Below are positions 37,997-51,043 of a stretch of 64,000 nucleotides of DNA, piece by piece. The DNA lies in the NCBI GenBank assembly GCA_002633005.1, contig NMRA01000343.1:427820-491819 (forward strand), in the 5' to 3' direction. This DNA is from Phoronis australis (taxonomy: Eukaryota > Animalia > Phoronida). Made by a program: the position numbers and the translations under genes. The notes under the pieces were generated by a model that searched no databases, was not told where the DNA came from, and was given only the letters and a program-made list of their open reading frames with translations. Each line of letters begins with the position of its first letter. Positions within the stretch are counted from its first letter, which is position 1.

Positions 37997-40764
37997 CTGT
38001 TACGCAGTAAACTGGTGGGGATAAGAATAAAGTTTTACTTTTAGTTTCCTTTTTACTATGAGAAATCCCATGAACCATTTATAAATGGAACACACGGTCA
38101 ACAGCGATCAAATCTAGTCAACAGTTGGCAATATTCTTTACTGCAAATCGTTAGTTACCTGTACCCAGTTGCATAAAACAGTAGGAGTCAACTAAGTTCA
38201 CTTAATCTGCTACTCAATTCTGGATTCTTGTGAGTTGGGATGCTACAAAACCTTTAGTTTTTTCAGACTCTTGATGAGGACGTGAGGAAAGGACTCATCT
38301 CCACTTAAGTGTGCGTCAGCAGCCAAAACATTGTAATAACTGTAGTGTGCCCCTATAGTATCGTATCAAGCGGCTTTCAAGAGTGCCTGTACAGTGAAGT
38401 GTTGTGCACTGCACTATCCGTAATAAAAATAATTTTTGTCAATATCTAATCATAATGGCACACACAAAGCACTATCAATGATAAGCTCCGTGACATAATT
38501 ACCTGTGAAATGTGATGTTTTGTTGCTTTGCTTCTTCTGTCTTACTACTTTTATAATTAAATACTGCACACCATACAGGCAGGTAGACTCACTTTCATCC
38601 TCTACCAATATGGCGGACCACTCTGCTCGTCATAAACCATGTGACCTCAGTGGTTTGCTGTCAGAGATACGTATGCTACAATCTCAAGCCCCTATTTCCC
38701 TGGATTCTACAACCCGCAGTAGAAGCTCACGCTTTACTTTTCTAACCCCATAAGGAGGTGCATCTTTTGACACACTAACAAAATTCACAAAATAGCTTCC
38801 TAATCCAAAGTCTAATTCTCCTCTGAAGAATCTCTGCGAAAGGGCCGCAGGTGAAACTAAGGCTGTGTTTCTTGAACAAAACCTCATGTAAGGATGGATT
38901 TTTGTGGAGACTTTTTACATTCTGTACTTTTTTGATTCCGCTCTCACTAAAAGTGAATTTTTCGTCTGCGCCCACGTCAATAATATAATCGAATATGCCA
39001 ATACAAAATTGATAGCGCGGTAAATTGTCACCGACTTCGTACTATCCAAGGTGTTAGCGCGCCCGAATACCGGTGCAAAAACACCACTTACACTCAGCGT
39101 GAACAAAAAAATTCGCTCAATAGTTTCAACGTATTGAATAATCCTCGCATTCTTAAAACTGAGATGTCTAGACAATGGCAAGCAAAAAAAAAAAAACCGA
39201 AAAATTGGCGGACAGGGAAGAATTGTACAGATGTCATGGCTTTGAAAGCATGCTACACGTCCATTACGGAGAGCTGTGTTGATGAATCATAAGAACTGAA
39301 AGTTTTTCTCGTTAAGTGTCATTATGAAATTATAAAGCCATGGGCGAAGATCATTTTTCGAAAAACTAAAAGTAAAGACAAATAGATTAGCCATTAATGA
39401 AACTCGGCAGTCGTTTTGTTTACATTGCAGGAAGCATCAACGCTTTACAAGTACATGGTGTAGCTTCGTATGACTTGTTGTTTGTTTGCAAAGAACTGAA
39501 AATATGTGCTATACAATTATTAAAACAAAGAAGGTCAATGACTGTAGATTTTTACGTAGGTAATTAAAGGCATAAGGGAACTATTTTCTAAACTTTATAA
39601 AATGTCTATTTCTGTGTAATTGTTTTAGAGACATGAGCCGGCAAGATTTCCGTTTCTGGCCGTAGCAGCAATGAGAATTTCAGCAGACACGATGGTCGCA
39701 GATTTTTGACGGATGACCGGGGGAGCATGTGAGATGAGGCCTTCGTATTAAGATGTACTCTATTTTTGCTCATTTCAAAGGTACCTTTAACAGTTAACTA
39801 GTTAAAGATGAAGCCCAAAACCGCTGAAGTCTTTGTTTATGATTACGAGTACTTTGAACACGGTCATTACAAATCTTAACCCCGACAGTTTTTTCGACAT
39901 GTGCGAATTCTTTACGGACGACTCTTACAATATTAACAGTCTTAGTTTTTAATGACACTAATTTCGTGTCAGGTTTTATCTTACCACTTTTTTACCCACA
40001 TCGGTGCAAAGCTGTATATTTATATATACAGCTTTTTACCAAGGCTATATCGTTCCTTGATCCCATTAAATTATCCCTGTGAGTGGTGAATTGGCGACGA
40101 AATTCTCAAAACGAACTCAAAACTGGGAATTCAAGGACCTAAAATTTTCAACATGGCGGATTTCAGTTGTGCTTGAACCTGTACGCCTGTCAAAGATAAA
40201 ATTTCGAGTTTGAGCAAGAAACCCCTAGTGTATGTCCAAGTAAAGAAATTTATCCCCATGTTCAATCGGATTGAGTTCATCAAAATTAATTTCCACTTAA
40301 GTGTAATTTGTTTCTTCTTATAGCTCATTTGTTAACCCTTGACCTAGAATTCAAGTGCAAGAACCGGGGTATCTTGTGTTTGATCTTGACATTATGTGCT
40401 ACTGTTGGTTGAAGCACAACGAACACACACATTTCCGATGTCTGATCACACGTTTAATCGCGGTAAATTACCATCAGTAAATGCCAGATTTCGCACTAGG
40501 CCAGCGTTATAAGCCAGCAACCCGTGGTACCACGGTTATACACAATGTTGTTTTGCATAATCAGAGTTTAATTACATTCAAACTGATAGTAAATTATGTG
40601 GAGGGCACTCGTCGTGGGCTTGCGGAAGCTGAGCTTAGGAATTGACCTATCGTAAACTCCGCCCACTTGCCTAAAGTCGACAAACAAACAATAAGTTTTA
40701 CCTGACGACATGTTGTTTGACGGGTAAAATGGCGGCTTGGAAACCAAGAGTGAGTACAGTAATT

Positions 40765-41090
40765 CACCACTTTTAGACGCAGGGCTTTCAAGATATCTAC
40801 GGGCCATAGCGAGTTTTAAAGCTTTGCTGAAAGTATGCATATTAAGCATTTGAATTCCCCCTTGATCAAGTCCTAAACAGGCCGTAGTTCGTTTAATTTT
40901 ATCATTACGGGCCTGCCATACAAATCTAAAAAATGTCGTATTCAATTCACCCAAGACTTTTACTGGTGGATTTGGTAAACTTGACAACAAAAAATTAAGT
41001 TTAGGAATAGCTAATATTCTAATTACTGTTACTCTACCAAACGGCGTTAAATTTCGTCGACTCCAACTTTTTAGTAAAGACTTGATCTAG
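40765..41090 (-). mobile_element. Internal fragment of L1/Tx1 ORF2
   Basis: WSRRNLTPFGRVTVIRILAIPKLNFLLSSLPNPP...FFRFVW...KIKRTT...DQGGIQMLN...ALKL. Confidence 0.85.
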
Positions 41091-41795
41091 AAATGTTGAT
41101 GCACGTTCTTTGTTTTCAGTCTCAGTGGTTGGTTTCATTTTGCATTGATTAGACGACTTTCCAGAATCCTTTAAAAATGTGACGTCTCATCTGTTTTTTT
41201 TTCTCAACGCAAATCAAGCTCATTCGATACGAAGTTCGTTCATTTCCGTATAACGTTGGTGTACATTACTACATACATATAGATTATTACATGGCGAAGT
41301 CTTTATCCCCCGTTATCTCGAGCCCGAGTGGATTTTGGAGAATTATCGCTCGAGGGGCGTGACCTTTTAAGAAAAGCCGAGCTATTTTTGTCAGATAATG
41401 CTTACACTCAAAACCAAATTGAAAATTTAAGCAAAATAGAAATAAAGGGAATCTATAAATTAAGGTTCAGCAACTATTATAGCTTACTACACATTTTATC
41501 ACGCTAAGCTTCGACCGGGGAAATATCATCTGCTAAAGTAGGTTACCACTAGTAACTGATTATAATGCTCAAGTCAAAGGATCCTGACGACACGATACCC
41601 GCATTCAAATTGGAGATCGGTGATTTACAAATGAGAGAACACGACAGAAAAATTTCACTGAATTAAAATATCGTTTTTATGGAAATTATGCGTCTTACTT
41701 TTCATAGCGTATAAATGTCGGTACAATGTCCTTTGCTGAATATGCGATTGTTGCGCGTGCTCATTTAAGTATTCTATTTTCACGCTCGATGATTT

Positions 41796-41869
41796 GAGCC
41801 GTGTAGTGGTAAAGTCGGCGACTCGAAACTCTTGAGGCCGGGTTCGAATCCGGCCTCGGTTTCCCGCCA
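41796..41869 (+). mobile_element. tRNA-derived SINE head or tRNA pseudogene
   Basis: A-box gtgtagtggtaa and perfect B-box ggttcgaatcc in a paired T arm (gaggccgg/ccggcctc). Anticodon stem unpaired. Confidence 0.5.
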
Positions 41870-43242
41870 AAATGTTATCTCACTAGTGAGATAACTTTAT
41901 TGGTTATTACACGGTTGTATCTGCCATTCGAGGCTAATATCAAGGAGTGTACTAGTACAGGAGAGTTCACTCCGCCATTTTTCCATTCGCCGCAATGGTT
42001 ACCGGTCGAAACACGAGCGCTCCAAGCGGTGAATAATCAACAGTTAGTTAGGAGTGCAGTCCGAACAATGTAAACGCTCATAAATTCATACTTTAATGAC
42101 ATTCAACGTGCATTAAAATTACTGTGTGATTGAAAATGGTTAGATTACATAAACTAAGATCCACTTATAATCGAATGAGAAGGAAAATGTTTATTTTAAT
42201 CAATAATAAAGTGTTTTTGTTTATTCTCTTGAAGCTCCCTTCAAAATCCATCATGGTTTTGTTTCTTGCTTGAGTTCTTAACAAGGCAAATATCGTTCCT
42301 TATAACAGTTCATACCTCCATGGACTACATAATTTGAATGATTGCTTCTATGGGTTCAGAGGGGAATTCCCCCAGGTGCCAGCTAAGGGGGTAACAGGCA
42401 AAAACCAGGTGGGCTCCAAATGGGTGTTGACCCCCTCCCAGGGGGTTATATGGGAGGAGTGCTAAACAGGTAAAAACGAATGGGTATGTATGCCACATGG
42501 GTGTTGAGCCCCTCCCATCGTCACACATTTTGGTTGCTCTCCTGACCATTGACAAACATGTTGCTCCTAGCTAACTGTTGGATTCATCTCCACCCAACAA
42601 TTCTGCATGTGCTCCCTATTCAATGCATCAGGCTACTAGCAATGCAGGCAATTGTTTTGTGCAGTGGGTGTTACACAAGTGAGAAGAAGAAAGCAAGGCA
42701 ATTCATCACTACCACAAAATCGTAGTGCAATTTCAGAACATTCCATTATTTCTTAGACATGCCAGTATTGGGTAAACACAATCCCACTCTCCCACTCACC
42801 AACAGTTACATGTACTAAGTCAGTTGCTAACTTGTAGAATAGCTCACAACTTACAAAACGTAGTAACATTGGGTATATCATCAATCATAACTAGTCAAAG
42901 TTCAAAATGTCACGGCAAAAAATTGTACTGAACAGCAATCAAAGTATTCACTACCCATATAGCTTCATACAAAACTGAATTAAAAAGACTTGGATGATAA
43001 AACCAACATTTTATTTTATATACCAACTGTTCTTATTATCAATAACAGTAAATATTTCATGTAAGTTAAAGCAGACCACAAGATCATATCTGATACCTAA
43101 CCACAACTGGGGCTTAAGTTATCACAATCTCCAGTGGAAAATAAATCTGAAACTAAATAAGGCGATCCAGATCCTCCCAAGGATACTATTGTTTCACGAA
43201 ATGTAGAATATAAATAGGTAAATAAAACAACAAGAATGGATC

Positions 43243-44110
43243 AACTGAAATTTTCGGATGTAATAACGTCCTTTGTCAACAGAAACAGAAATAAAGTAAA
43301 ATCAAACACTATATGACAATTGACATTTAAGATATGGTATAATGAATATGATACATTTTTGCGTAAAAAATTCAATAAAATATTTTAAGAAGTTTTTATG
43401 TTCAATCCATGAGGTTCTATTGTGCTGAGCTTGTCTATCCAATATTGATCTCTTTTGAGTCTTTGAGGGGAACTGGGGTGTTGGAGTTTTTTATTATTTG
43501 TACAGAAAGATCTTGAATATTATGGTTTTTGGAATTGAAATGGTTACTTATAGTATCAGAAATGTTTTTATGTATTGTTAAATCTATGATTACGAAACCG
43601 AGTTTGTAGATTATGATGAGTTTGTCCTACGTATTGGATAGAACATTTTTTTACAAGTTATAAGGTAAATAATATTGTTGGTGGTGCAATCAGGATAATG
43701 TTTTACTTCAAAGTTTTCATTGGTTTGGGAAGACTGGAAAAAAGTGCTATCGTTGATAAAGTTACACATTTTACACCTAGTTTTGTTACATTGTGTGTTG
43801 CCAATAGGTTTGTCAGTTTTGTGCATATTGTCGATATTAGCTTTAACTAAATATTTTTTTTTAGATTTTTACATTTTCTCCCAGAAATTATAGGTGGATA
43901 AGGAAATAGGTTTTTCATTTGAGGGGAAATATGCAGCGTGGAAAGATGTTTTCTGAAGACGTGGCTAATTCCGTTTAAACATGGATTGAACATAGTTATG
44001 AATGGTATTCTATTTGTAGTATTGACTTTAGTTTTAGTTCTTAAAGATTCATTTCGTATGATTGAACGGACTTTGTCAAACTGTTTGTGTATTATTAAGA
44101 TGTAAGGGGA
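43243..44110 (-). mobile_element. Degraded Penelope-like element (linker, Zn finger, GIY-YIG) with decayed hammerhead
   Basis: IPFITMFNP...FPYPPII, CNKTRCKMC...CTTNNIIYLITCKK/CSIQYVGQT, KREQYWIDKLSTIEPHGLN. Downstream TTGACAA-A-GGACGT-TATT-ACATCC-GAAA-ATT-TC at 43243-43283. Confidence 0.85.
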
Positions 44111-44515
44111 AATGACGTTGAACTAGATAGTACTTGAGTTCTTTTAAACAATTAAGTTTCCTAGTGTATTCCAAGTTCACACATACACGAAGTTCACGCA
44201 CTGCAGTTTACAGTCAACTCTTATCAAGGAACCCGGGGGTTCTTCCATACAAGAGGTACGACGTGCTGCTCATAAGGTTAACTTTTTTCAGATCCAATCT
44301 CCCTACGAAAGGATACGTTTCTGAAAAAACCTCTGCGAAAGAATGCATTTTCATACAAAATTCCCAATAAAATAGTTTGAAGACTTCGACAGACACTCTC
44401 AGAGTTTTTCATATCAGTCATCTACTTTCAAAACACATTGTTGTTCCAAATCAGAGGCGTAGTTACGACACATATGCTTGGGTGTCGTAGACAAAATGAA
44501 AAATGTTAGTTTTCC

Positions 44516-44551
44516 AATAATAATAATAACAACAACAACAACAACAACAGC

Positions 44552-44584
<33 letters not shown>

Positions 44585-44605
44585 AATAATAGTAATAACA
44601 ATAAC

Positions 44606-44656
<51 letters not shown>

Positions 44657-44657
44657 T
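44516..44657. repeat. Compound (AAT)n/(AAC)n microsatellite
   Basis: Directly visible. Explains the poly-I/V/T ORFs. Confidence 0.98.
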
Positions 44658-45599
44658 TTGAAACTTTTCTCTGAATAAATTAACACTTTGACAGTTTACT
44701 CAAAACTATAGTGAAACACTGAGTGTACACCACGGTGGCCGGTACATGACGTTTTTTTTTACTTTTGTGAAACTTTCCACCATGGTGAAAAATGACTTCT
44801 CAACCAGGTGAGAAGTACATTCCACAGTAACAGTAGAAAGTATAAATACATGCACGGCTGTAACTTCGGAATTCCAATTTGAGCGATATCTTTAATTTCA
44901 GTAGGTTCGTGGAGAGTGGACTCCTGCGTTTCATGGCGAACAGGTCTAACTCATTACCTGTTTTATCTATGGCCTGAATGTCGTCTTCACCCCTATCTCC
45001 AAACCTGTCTTCATAATACTTGCCAACCTCGCTCTACGTCTTTGTAATGTCTTCCACTGATGGTATCACCTGACGGAAAACCAAAGGATCATTATTTTTT
45101 CTTTAAAATACATAATTGTTCAATTATTTTTCAAAATAACTGCTTGTTTAGTTAGATGTTGTGTTACAAAATTATTATACACGGTCAAAAACATCTAAAA
45201 GTACAAAGATCCATTGTAGGAACAAGCGGTTTGGCAGGACAGCCAATGACACGGTTTTTCGTACCTTTCTACAGTATACAATGTCATCCACGTTGAAATA
45301 ACTAAAGTACACTAAAACCCACGAGTTTCGCGATGAGAATTAACGGAACTAAACATGAAGTGAACAATGGGAAAACACGCTTTCACCCACTCAGCCTCAA
45401 CCTGATACATGTAGAGATCGCTGGGTCACTTGTGCTGAGTCTATGCATTCGAGTTGTAGTAAACCCAAAACGAATCCTCTCTGGATATCATTAAAAAAAA
45501 TAATTGCAGGTGGTCTGATACACGTTGTACCAGACGTGCGCAGGCCTCGAATGTGGGCCCATTGCACTCATCACATGGGAATATTTTTATGCTTATTAA

Positions 45600-45729
45600 T
45601 ATGTGGTTAAAATCGAGCTGAGGAGCTAGAAACCTGGCTCAAGGGTCTAGCAGTGCGACCTGGTGGGACTTGAACAAACGACCTCGAGTAATGAAAGCGG
45701 GCAATTATCAACCAGGCCACACTGCCTCC
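45600..45729 (-). mobile_element. tRNA-derived SINE
   Basis: Minus strand: ggcagtgtggcctggttgata (A box)...gttcaagtccc (B box)...cccttgagccagg core-like motif. Confidence 0.6.
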
Positions 45730-48700
45730 TCTGGATAACATTACTGATACACAAGTAAGTTAGTTATATGCGTCCGGCACTCTTTTCTTTCGCTCTATTA
45801 TATAAAAGGCGGTGTTCCTAATCCGACCAAATGTGTTTTAGGCCCCTGGCTTGGGCTCAGGAAGAAAAACAACACAGTTTATCTATGAAGGTTCGGTTCC
45901 ACGGGCTTCAGTTGTGTCGGATTCTCATGTCAGGGTTTTTACTTGAGACACCTGGGATTTGCCTAAGTGATTCAACGGTGCAAAGTTTACTGAGATGCAA
46001 TTTCGGTCCGACATTTCGGTGTTCACTAGGCCTGCATTACCCTCAGACTGACAGATTTAGGCTGGCCCACCGGGGTCGCGGTGCAAGACAGGACAATGTC
46101 AGTAATGCCGTTTTTGGGATTTATTGTTGCCCCACCCCACCACATCCCACCCACAATACCGCCACTCAACTAGTACAGCGCTACCCTGGCCGGCCGTTGA
46201 GGCGCCGACGCGGCGTCTCGGTTTACCTCCGTCGATAGATAGGAAACGGTCAGGGAACAAATTCTTCATCCTCTTCCAAATGACAAGTAGTTAACAAGTT
46301 TCCGGTACGCAAAATACACACAGTAGCGTGCAGGGGTTTGGGGCGATTTTTTCATTGCACGCCTCTTCTCTAATCAAAGGAATGCAGGACCCTTGTACTA
46401 AGAAAAATAAAAATGACGAAACATAACATAGAAACTTTATTTATATAATTACAAATCAGTCACAATTTCAAAATGTTTATTCATAGTAATTGGATGACTA
46501 CCCGATGTGGATCGATGTCCGTGGCTGTCGCCCCGTCGCCCCACCACACCCTCTTCTGCACGGTACTGATTTTACAACAATGATTATTTTGAAATCATGA
46601 TTTCTGAAGCCCAGTTCTAGACAACACGTAGCCCCTCGGCTGGCTGTACATCTGCGGCGTGCATCGGCGATATAATTGCCTAGCCCACTCACAGCCAATT
46701 CTGGGGCGTATTGCCGTTCGGTTGAGTCTTCATCGATGACAATGGACAAATGTCCGCCACAACAACCAGGAGACGACGGCGAATTTTTATTTTGTCATTC
46801 CTAAAAAATGGAACGGAGAAATTAGAGGGTCAAACATAATGATATACCGAGAATAATATGTAAATTTCGTCATCGCGTGTGTCAAAGAGAATCACAGTTG
46901 GCGGGACCCAAGGCAAAGCTTCAAAAAGCGGGACGGTTCTGCGACAGCCAAAAGCTGGATAGTTGGCAGGTATGCGGCGCAAAATTCAGTCTGGGAAATG
47001 AGTTTCGCATGAGAGGAGTGGTTTATATGGGCAGCAGAAGAGGCAGATATTATTTAAAAATAAAAATCCTATTTTGTAAAACTCAATGCTCTTTAACCAA
47101 TTCACTCTTAGTTGAAATGAAAATCAATCCTACTGAAAATTCAGTGCAACTCTATGAATTTAATCCTGTTATACAAATTCATATTCAAAAGTATTTTAGA
47201 AATTCAAAACTATTTTAGAAAATGAATCCTATTTTTAGAAATCCAGTGCTACTTTATAAAGTTTCTGCTGACCTTCAGTTAGCAGAAAGTCCCGGTCAAT
47301 ACTATTAGACTGAACTATAGGTCACGTGATGCCCCTGCCCCCCTAAATACGCCACTAGGTAGAGCCTGGTAGTGGAAAGCAATACGAGTTCTCTAAATCG
47401 AAAGACATGGGTCTTGAAATTGACGGATTTGCTACAAAAACACCTGCCTGCCCGTCAATTGTTTGAGGTACCACCGCCTTTAAGGCAAATCTCCCGTCCA
47501 CGAAACAATACCGATGAACGACCTGTGTCATGACTTCGTCGTAGCCCACATGGGGTTTTTGAAGGTATCCCATTGAAATACAGTTTCCACAAAGATCTAT
47601 CCGCCAGAGTCTTCACTGCAGGATCACAGATGACTTCCATTGAGAACACACTTTCAGTATTCAGAATTTCTAAAAGACGAGTTTATTGATTTGGATGGTG
47701 TAACGACGTGGTTATCTGGCTGTTGCACTTCGATTGCTTGGTTGAATTTGTAAATGTCTTCTCCAACAGTTGTAACGCGAGAATTATTTCAGATATACTT
47801 TAAATAATTACTGATATACAACGGTCTGTAAGTGCCCAGATTTTATTGGAAAGAGCTACAACCCCTTCCGAGGAGTAATAGAATGACCAATAGAATTTTT
47901 CCCTTTGAGTTGAACGGCCTGCTGTGTCAGATTGTGACAATTTCCGAGAGGGCGCGCAGAATGAGGTGATGTCTTATCCGATACATGCCAGATGATGCAG
48001 GTGTGTAAGTTCCGTTATTCATCAAATTTTAGTCTGGATGACAATTCTCCACCCGTGACAACAGTGTGGTGTCCAGTTCGTTGTAATATATTTTAAGTGT
48101 TGTCTGTATTTACATGTAATTGTACTGCGGGTTGTACACATGGGTCGACGACGCACATGCATTTCAATGGTGACGTTTGTTACTTTTCTTGCTGCTCTTT
48201 TTAACCCCTACTAACAATTGCACTAACGTACTAACAGGTGTCCTAACATCTAATAAGAGAGACAGCAAGAATGAACACAATGTCGCAAAATGCATGTTGA
48301 ATGGTGTTAATTGAATTCCTCTGCAAACGCCACAACCAGCAGTGGTTCCCGTGATCGATGACTGCCGAGGTAGGGAAGAAAGGAGTTTTCATAGTCTCCG
48401 AGTGGCAAATTGAAAATAATCTTTGATTTGTCGATTGTTTGTAAGTTTTGTTAATTCACTTTGTATATTTACACCCTACCCATACCCCCAACGGTAAGTT
48501 GCGAGCCAGAGATAACCGAAATGGATGAAGGAGAACGGAAGACGAAAATCAACAACCGAAGACTAAAATTAAGAAGGTAATATAATGTTGCTTGCGTGTC
48601 ACAGTCCAATACGTAGATACTTCGAACTTTCACAAGTCCAAGGGCCCATAATCCGACAAATGAAAATATTTTTAAAAGGCCCTGTGAGGGCCGAAGATTA

Positions 48701-49896
48701 ACAAATCCGAAAGAATGTAAAACTAGTTAGTTCGAAACTAGTCTGAGGGTCTATGACACCAGAGACTAGTGATTTAAAGTGGAACTTGCACCCTATTTCC
48801 TTATTTCTGTGATTGTTTAATCATACTAGGTTCAGACACAGTACATAGCGACGATGTGAATATGAAGTAGCTTGAACATTACCAAGTTCTAAGAACGAGT
48901 TTGGTATTGAAAATGATCCGCCGTAAATCACTCAACCGTTAATATCGTGACGAGGTGTTGGGGAACCACAGTGCATGACGTGGGCTATGTTGGCCCCCAA
49001 GGTACGTCGCTAGTACAAGTCCGGCACTAAAAAGATACTACATAACTCCGAAAATTAAAAATTGAACTTTCGTGACACGAGGTTCTGATCAGTAATTTGG
49101 AGCAAAATGTTCGGGGATTTATATGCACGTACCTGTTTGAAACTACTTCCTCGGAGAGCCAGTGCCTCTCAAAAAGATCCAAACAAAGTTCCGCAATGCG
49201 CACTGAGCTGATTGATATTATAATAATTACATCGGCCAAAAGATATTGATTTAAAAATGGATATCTTTTGGCCGCACGGTTTAGAGCATCTTTTTTGTAG
49301 TGTGGTCAAATTCGCAGAAAGGAGGGTATGCTATTGCAAAGATCTCACAAAAACAATATCGTAATCACGCACAGCGCTATTGAAGTAAAAAGAACTTTTT
49401 AAGAGGTGTTTGGGATTAAATGATCAATTTTACTAACTATGGCATGTATTCTGAACTTTTTAGTCTATTTAAATCATTCAGGAAATGTTCTGCTTTTGAT
49501 GTCTTTAGGTCGTCTAAAATGAAAAATATAACGGTGCAAGTCAGGTTCGGTGGCAATTATGTGGACAGCATGGGGAAGGATTGAATGGTATTCACTAGTT
49601 ATTTTAAGTTATTATGAATAAAAAACACTTATTTTTGTTTGTTGACCGACAGAATACAATCCTATACATTCACCAACAACAGCACTGTAAGAAATCCAGT
49701 TTTCTGATATTTTTCCTCTTTGCAGCGGCGTTGCTTTATTTTCGTAACCAATTCAATTTACACTTCACGTTGTAAAATACATACAATGAAAGTTTTCAGC
49801 TCAGCTCAAATATGTTCTGTTCTTTTTGGGGGGTTAATTTCATGTAATCTTAATTGCTTTATTTTATTTGAGTAATTTTACAATTGTCAAACCACT

Positions 49897-50705
49897 GGAT
49901 TTTGATGGACGCTCGTAATTACGATAGAGACTATTATAAAATTTTTTCCACCGTAACTCTGATATCCAATAATAAATTGGTCTGTAGGTCACGTGAGCTC
50001 TGAAGCAGTTGTATGCTGATAAATTTACGTTCGTCATTTTACACTAGTAATTTCATGTACGTTATTTTACGCTCGTATTTTTGCACATATTATGATGAAG
50101 TGTTCAGAAGATAAAATCCCAGGTGCAACGTTTATCAGAGCAAAAGATTGAAAAATATCGATGACTGACTGAATTGTTTTTACTTGCTGCCCTAGCTATC
50201 CCATGCATTTGAAAGTGATCCGTTTTAGTACATACTGAGATGCCAAAATGTATATCTAGCAGGTTGTCTTATTTCATTTGTTAAAATTACCATGCTTTTT
50301 CATTATTTGGGCCAAGTTTCGTTTTCTTACTCTTAACGGTGCGTGCAGATAATATGATATTGCAAAAACATTGGTTCAAATCGGTTTCTGAGGGTAATGC
50401 AGTAGAGTTTCCAAATGTTGATGGTAAATTATTCATTCTTTATTCAAGACACTTGGATAACAAACCACTTGCACCACAAAACAATATTAAATGCTGGTGA
50501 TCTCGTGGACTGGTACTTGAATCAAACGGCTACTTGCTAAAATTACGAGCGAAAAATACGAGCGTAAAATTTCGAGCGTAGAATTTCTGCTGAGCTCACG
50601 TAAACTACAAACCAATTTCTCATTGGATTTAACGATTACGGTCGTAAAACACGAGCGCAGTCTCTGTTGTAATTGCGATCGTAATTACGGGCGGCACTAA
50701 CATCC
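49897..50705. mobile_element. MITE with ~190-bp inverted arms
   Basis: cgctcgtaattacgat...cgtgagctc...ttttacgctcgtattttt is mirrored by aaaaatacgagcgtaaaa...gagctcacg...atcgtaattacgggcg. Confidence 0.7.
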
Positions 50706-50976
50706 GAACGAAGCACGATGATATCCGAATAACTGTGAACCAAACAAACCAGAGTCAAAAGCTATGGTGTGTCTCATCTGAAAGCATCCCGGAAGTTTTA
50801 GCTTTCGACTGCATGGTTGTACTTGTATGATCTATTGAAAGTATTCCTGTGTATGGTTTTATAACTGGTTTCAAACCACATACCAGAAAAGTAGTATTTG
50901 TATTAGCTAATTAGAAGATCTTATGTAAGCGACTTCTCTTTTTGTCAAACTACTGGACTTTGATTAACTAGTGTAT

Positions 50977-51043
50977 TATTATGCGCCCACATATTTATAT
51001 GTGGACGCATTATGCCGTCATCTCCGTCTGTCGATCCGTCCGG
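50977..51043 (+). mobile_element. 5' stub of the HINE-like element
   Basis: ttatgcgcccacatatttatatgtggacgcattatgccgtcatctccgtc, truncated within the CGTC tract. Confidence 0.7.

Noticed and set aside
41796-41869. Functional tRNA gene
   Set aside because: Anticodon stem and acceptor stem do not pair properly, so it is treated as a SINE head or pseudogene.
44414-44686. Poly-Ile/Val/Thr ORFs
   Set aside because: Trinucleotide microsatellite.
46006-46050. Fourth hammerhead-like motif (GTCTGAGGGT...ACCGAAATGTCGGAC, minus strand)
   Set aside because: Core lacks A9, stem II is only 3 bp, and no adjacent Penelope ORF was recognised.
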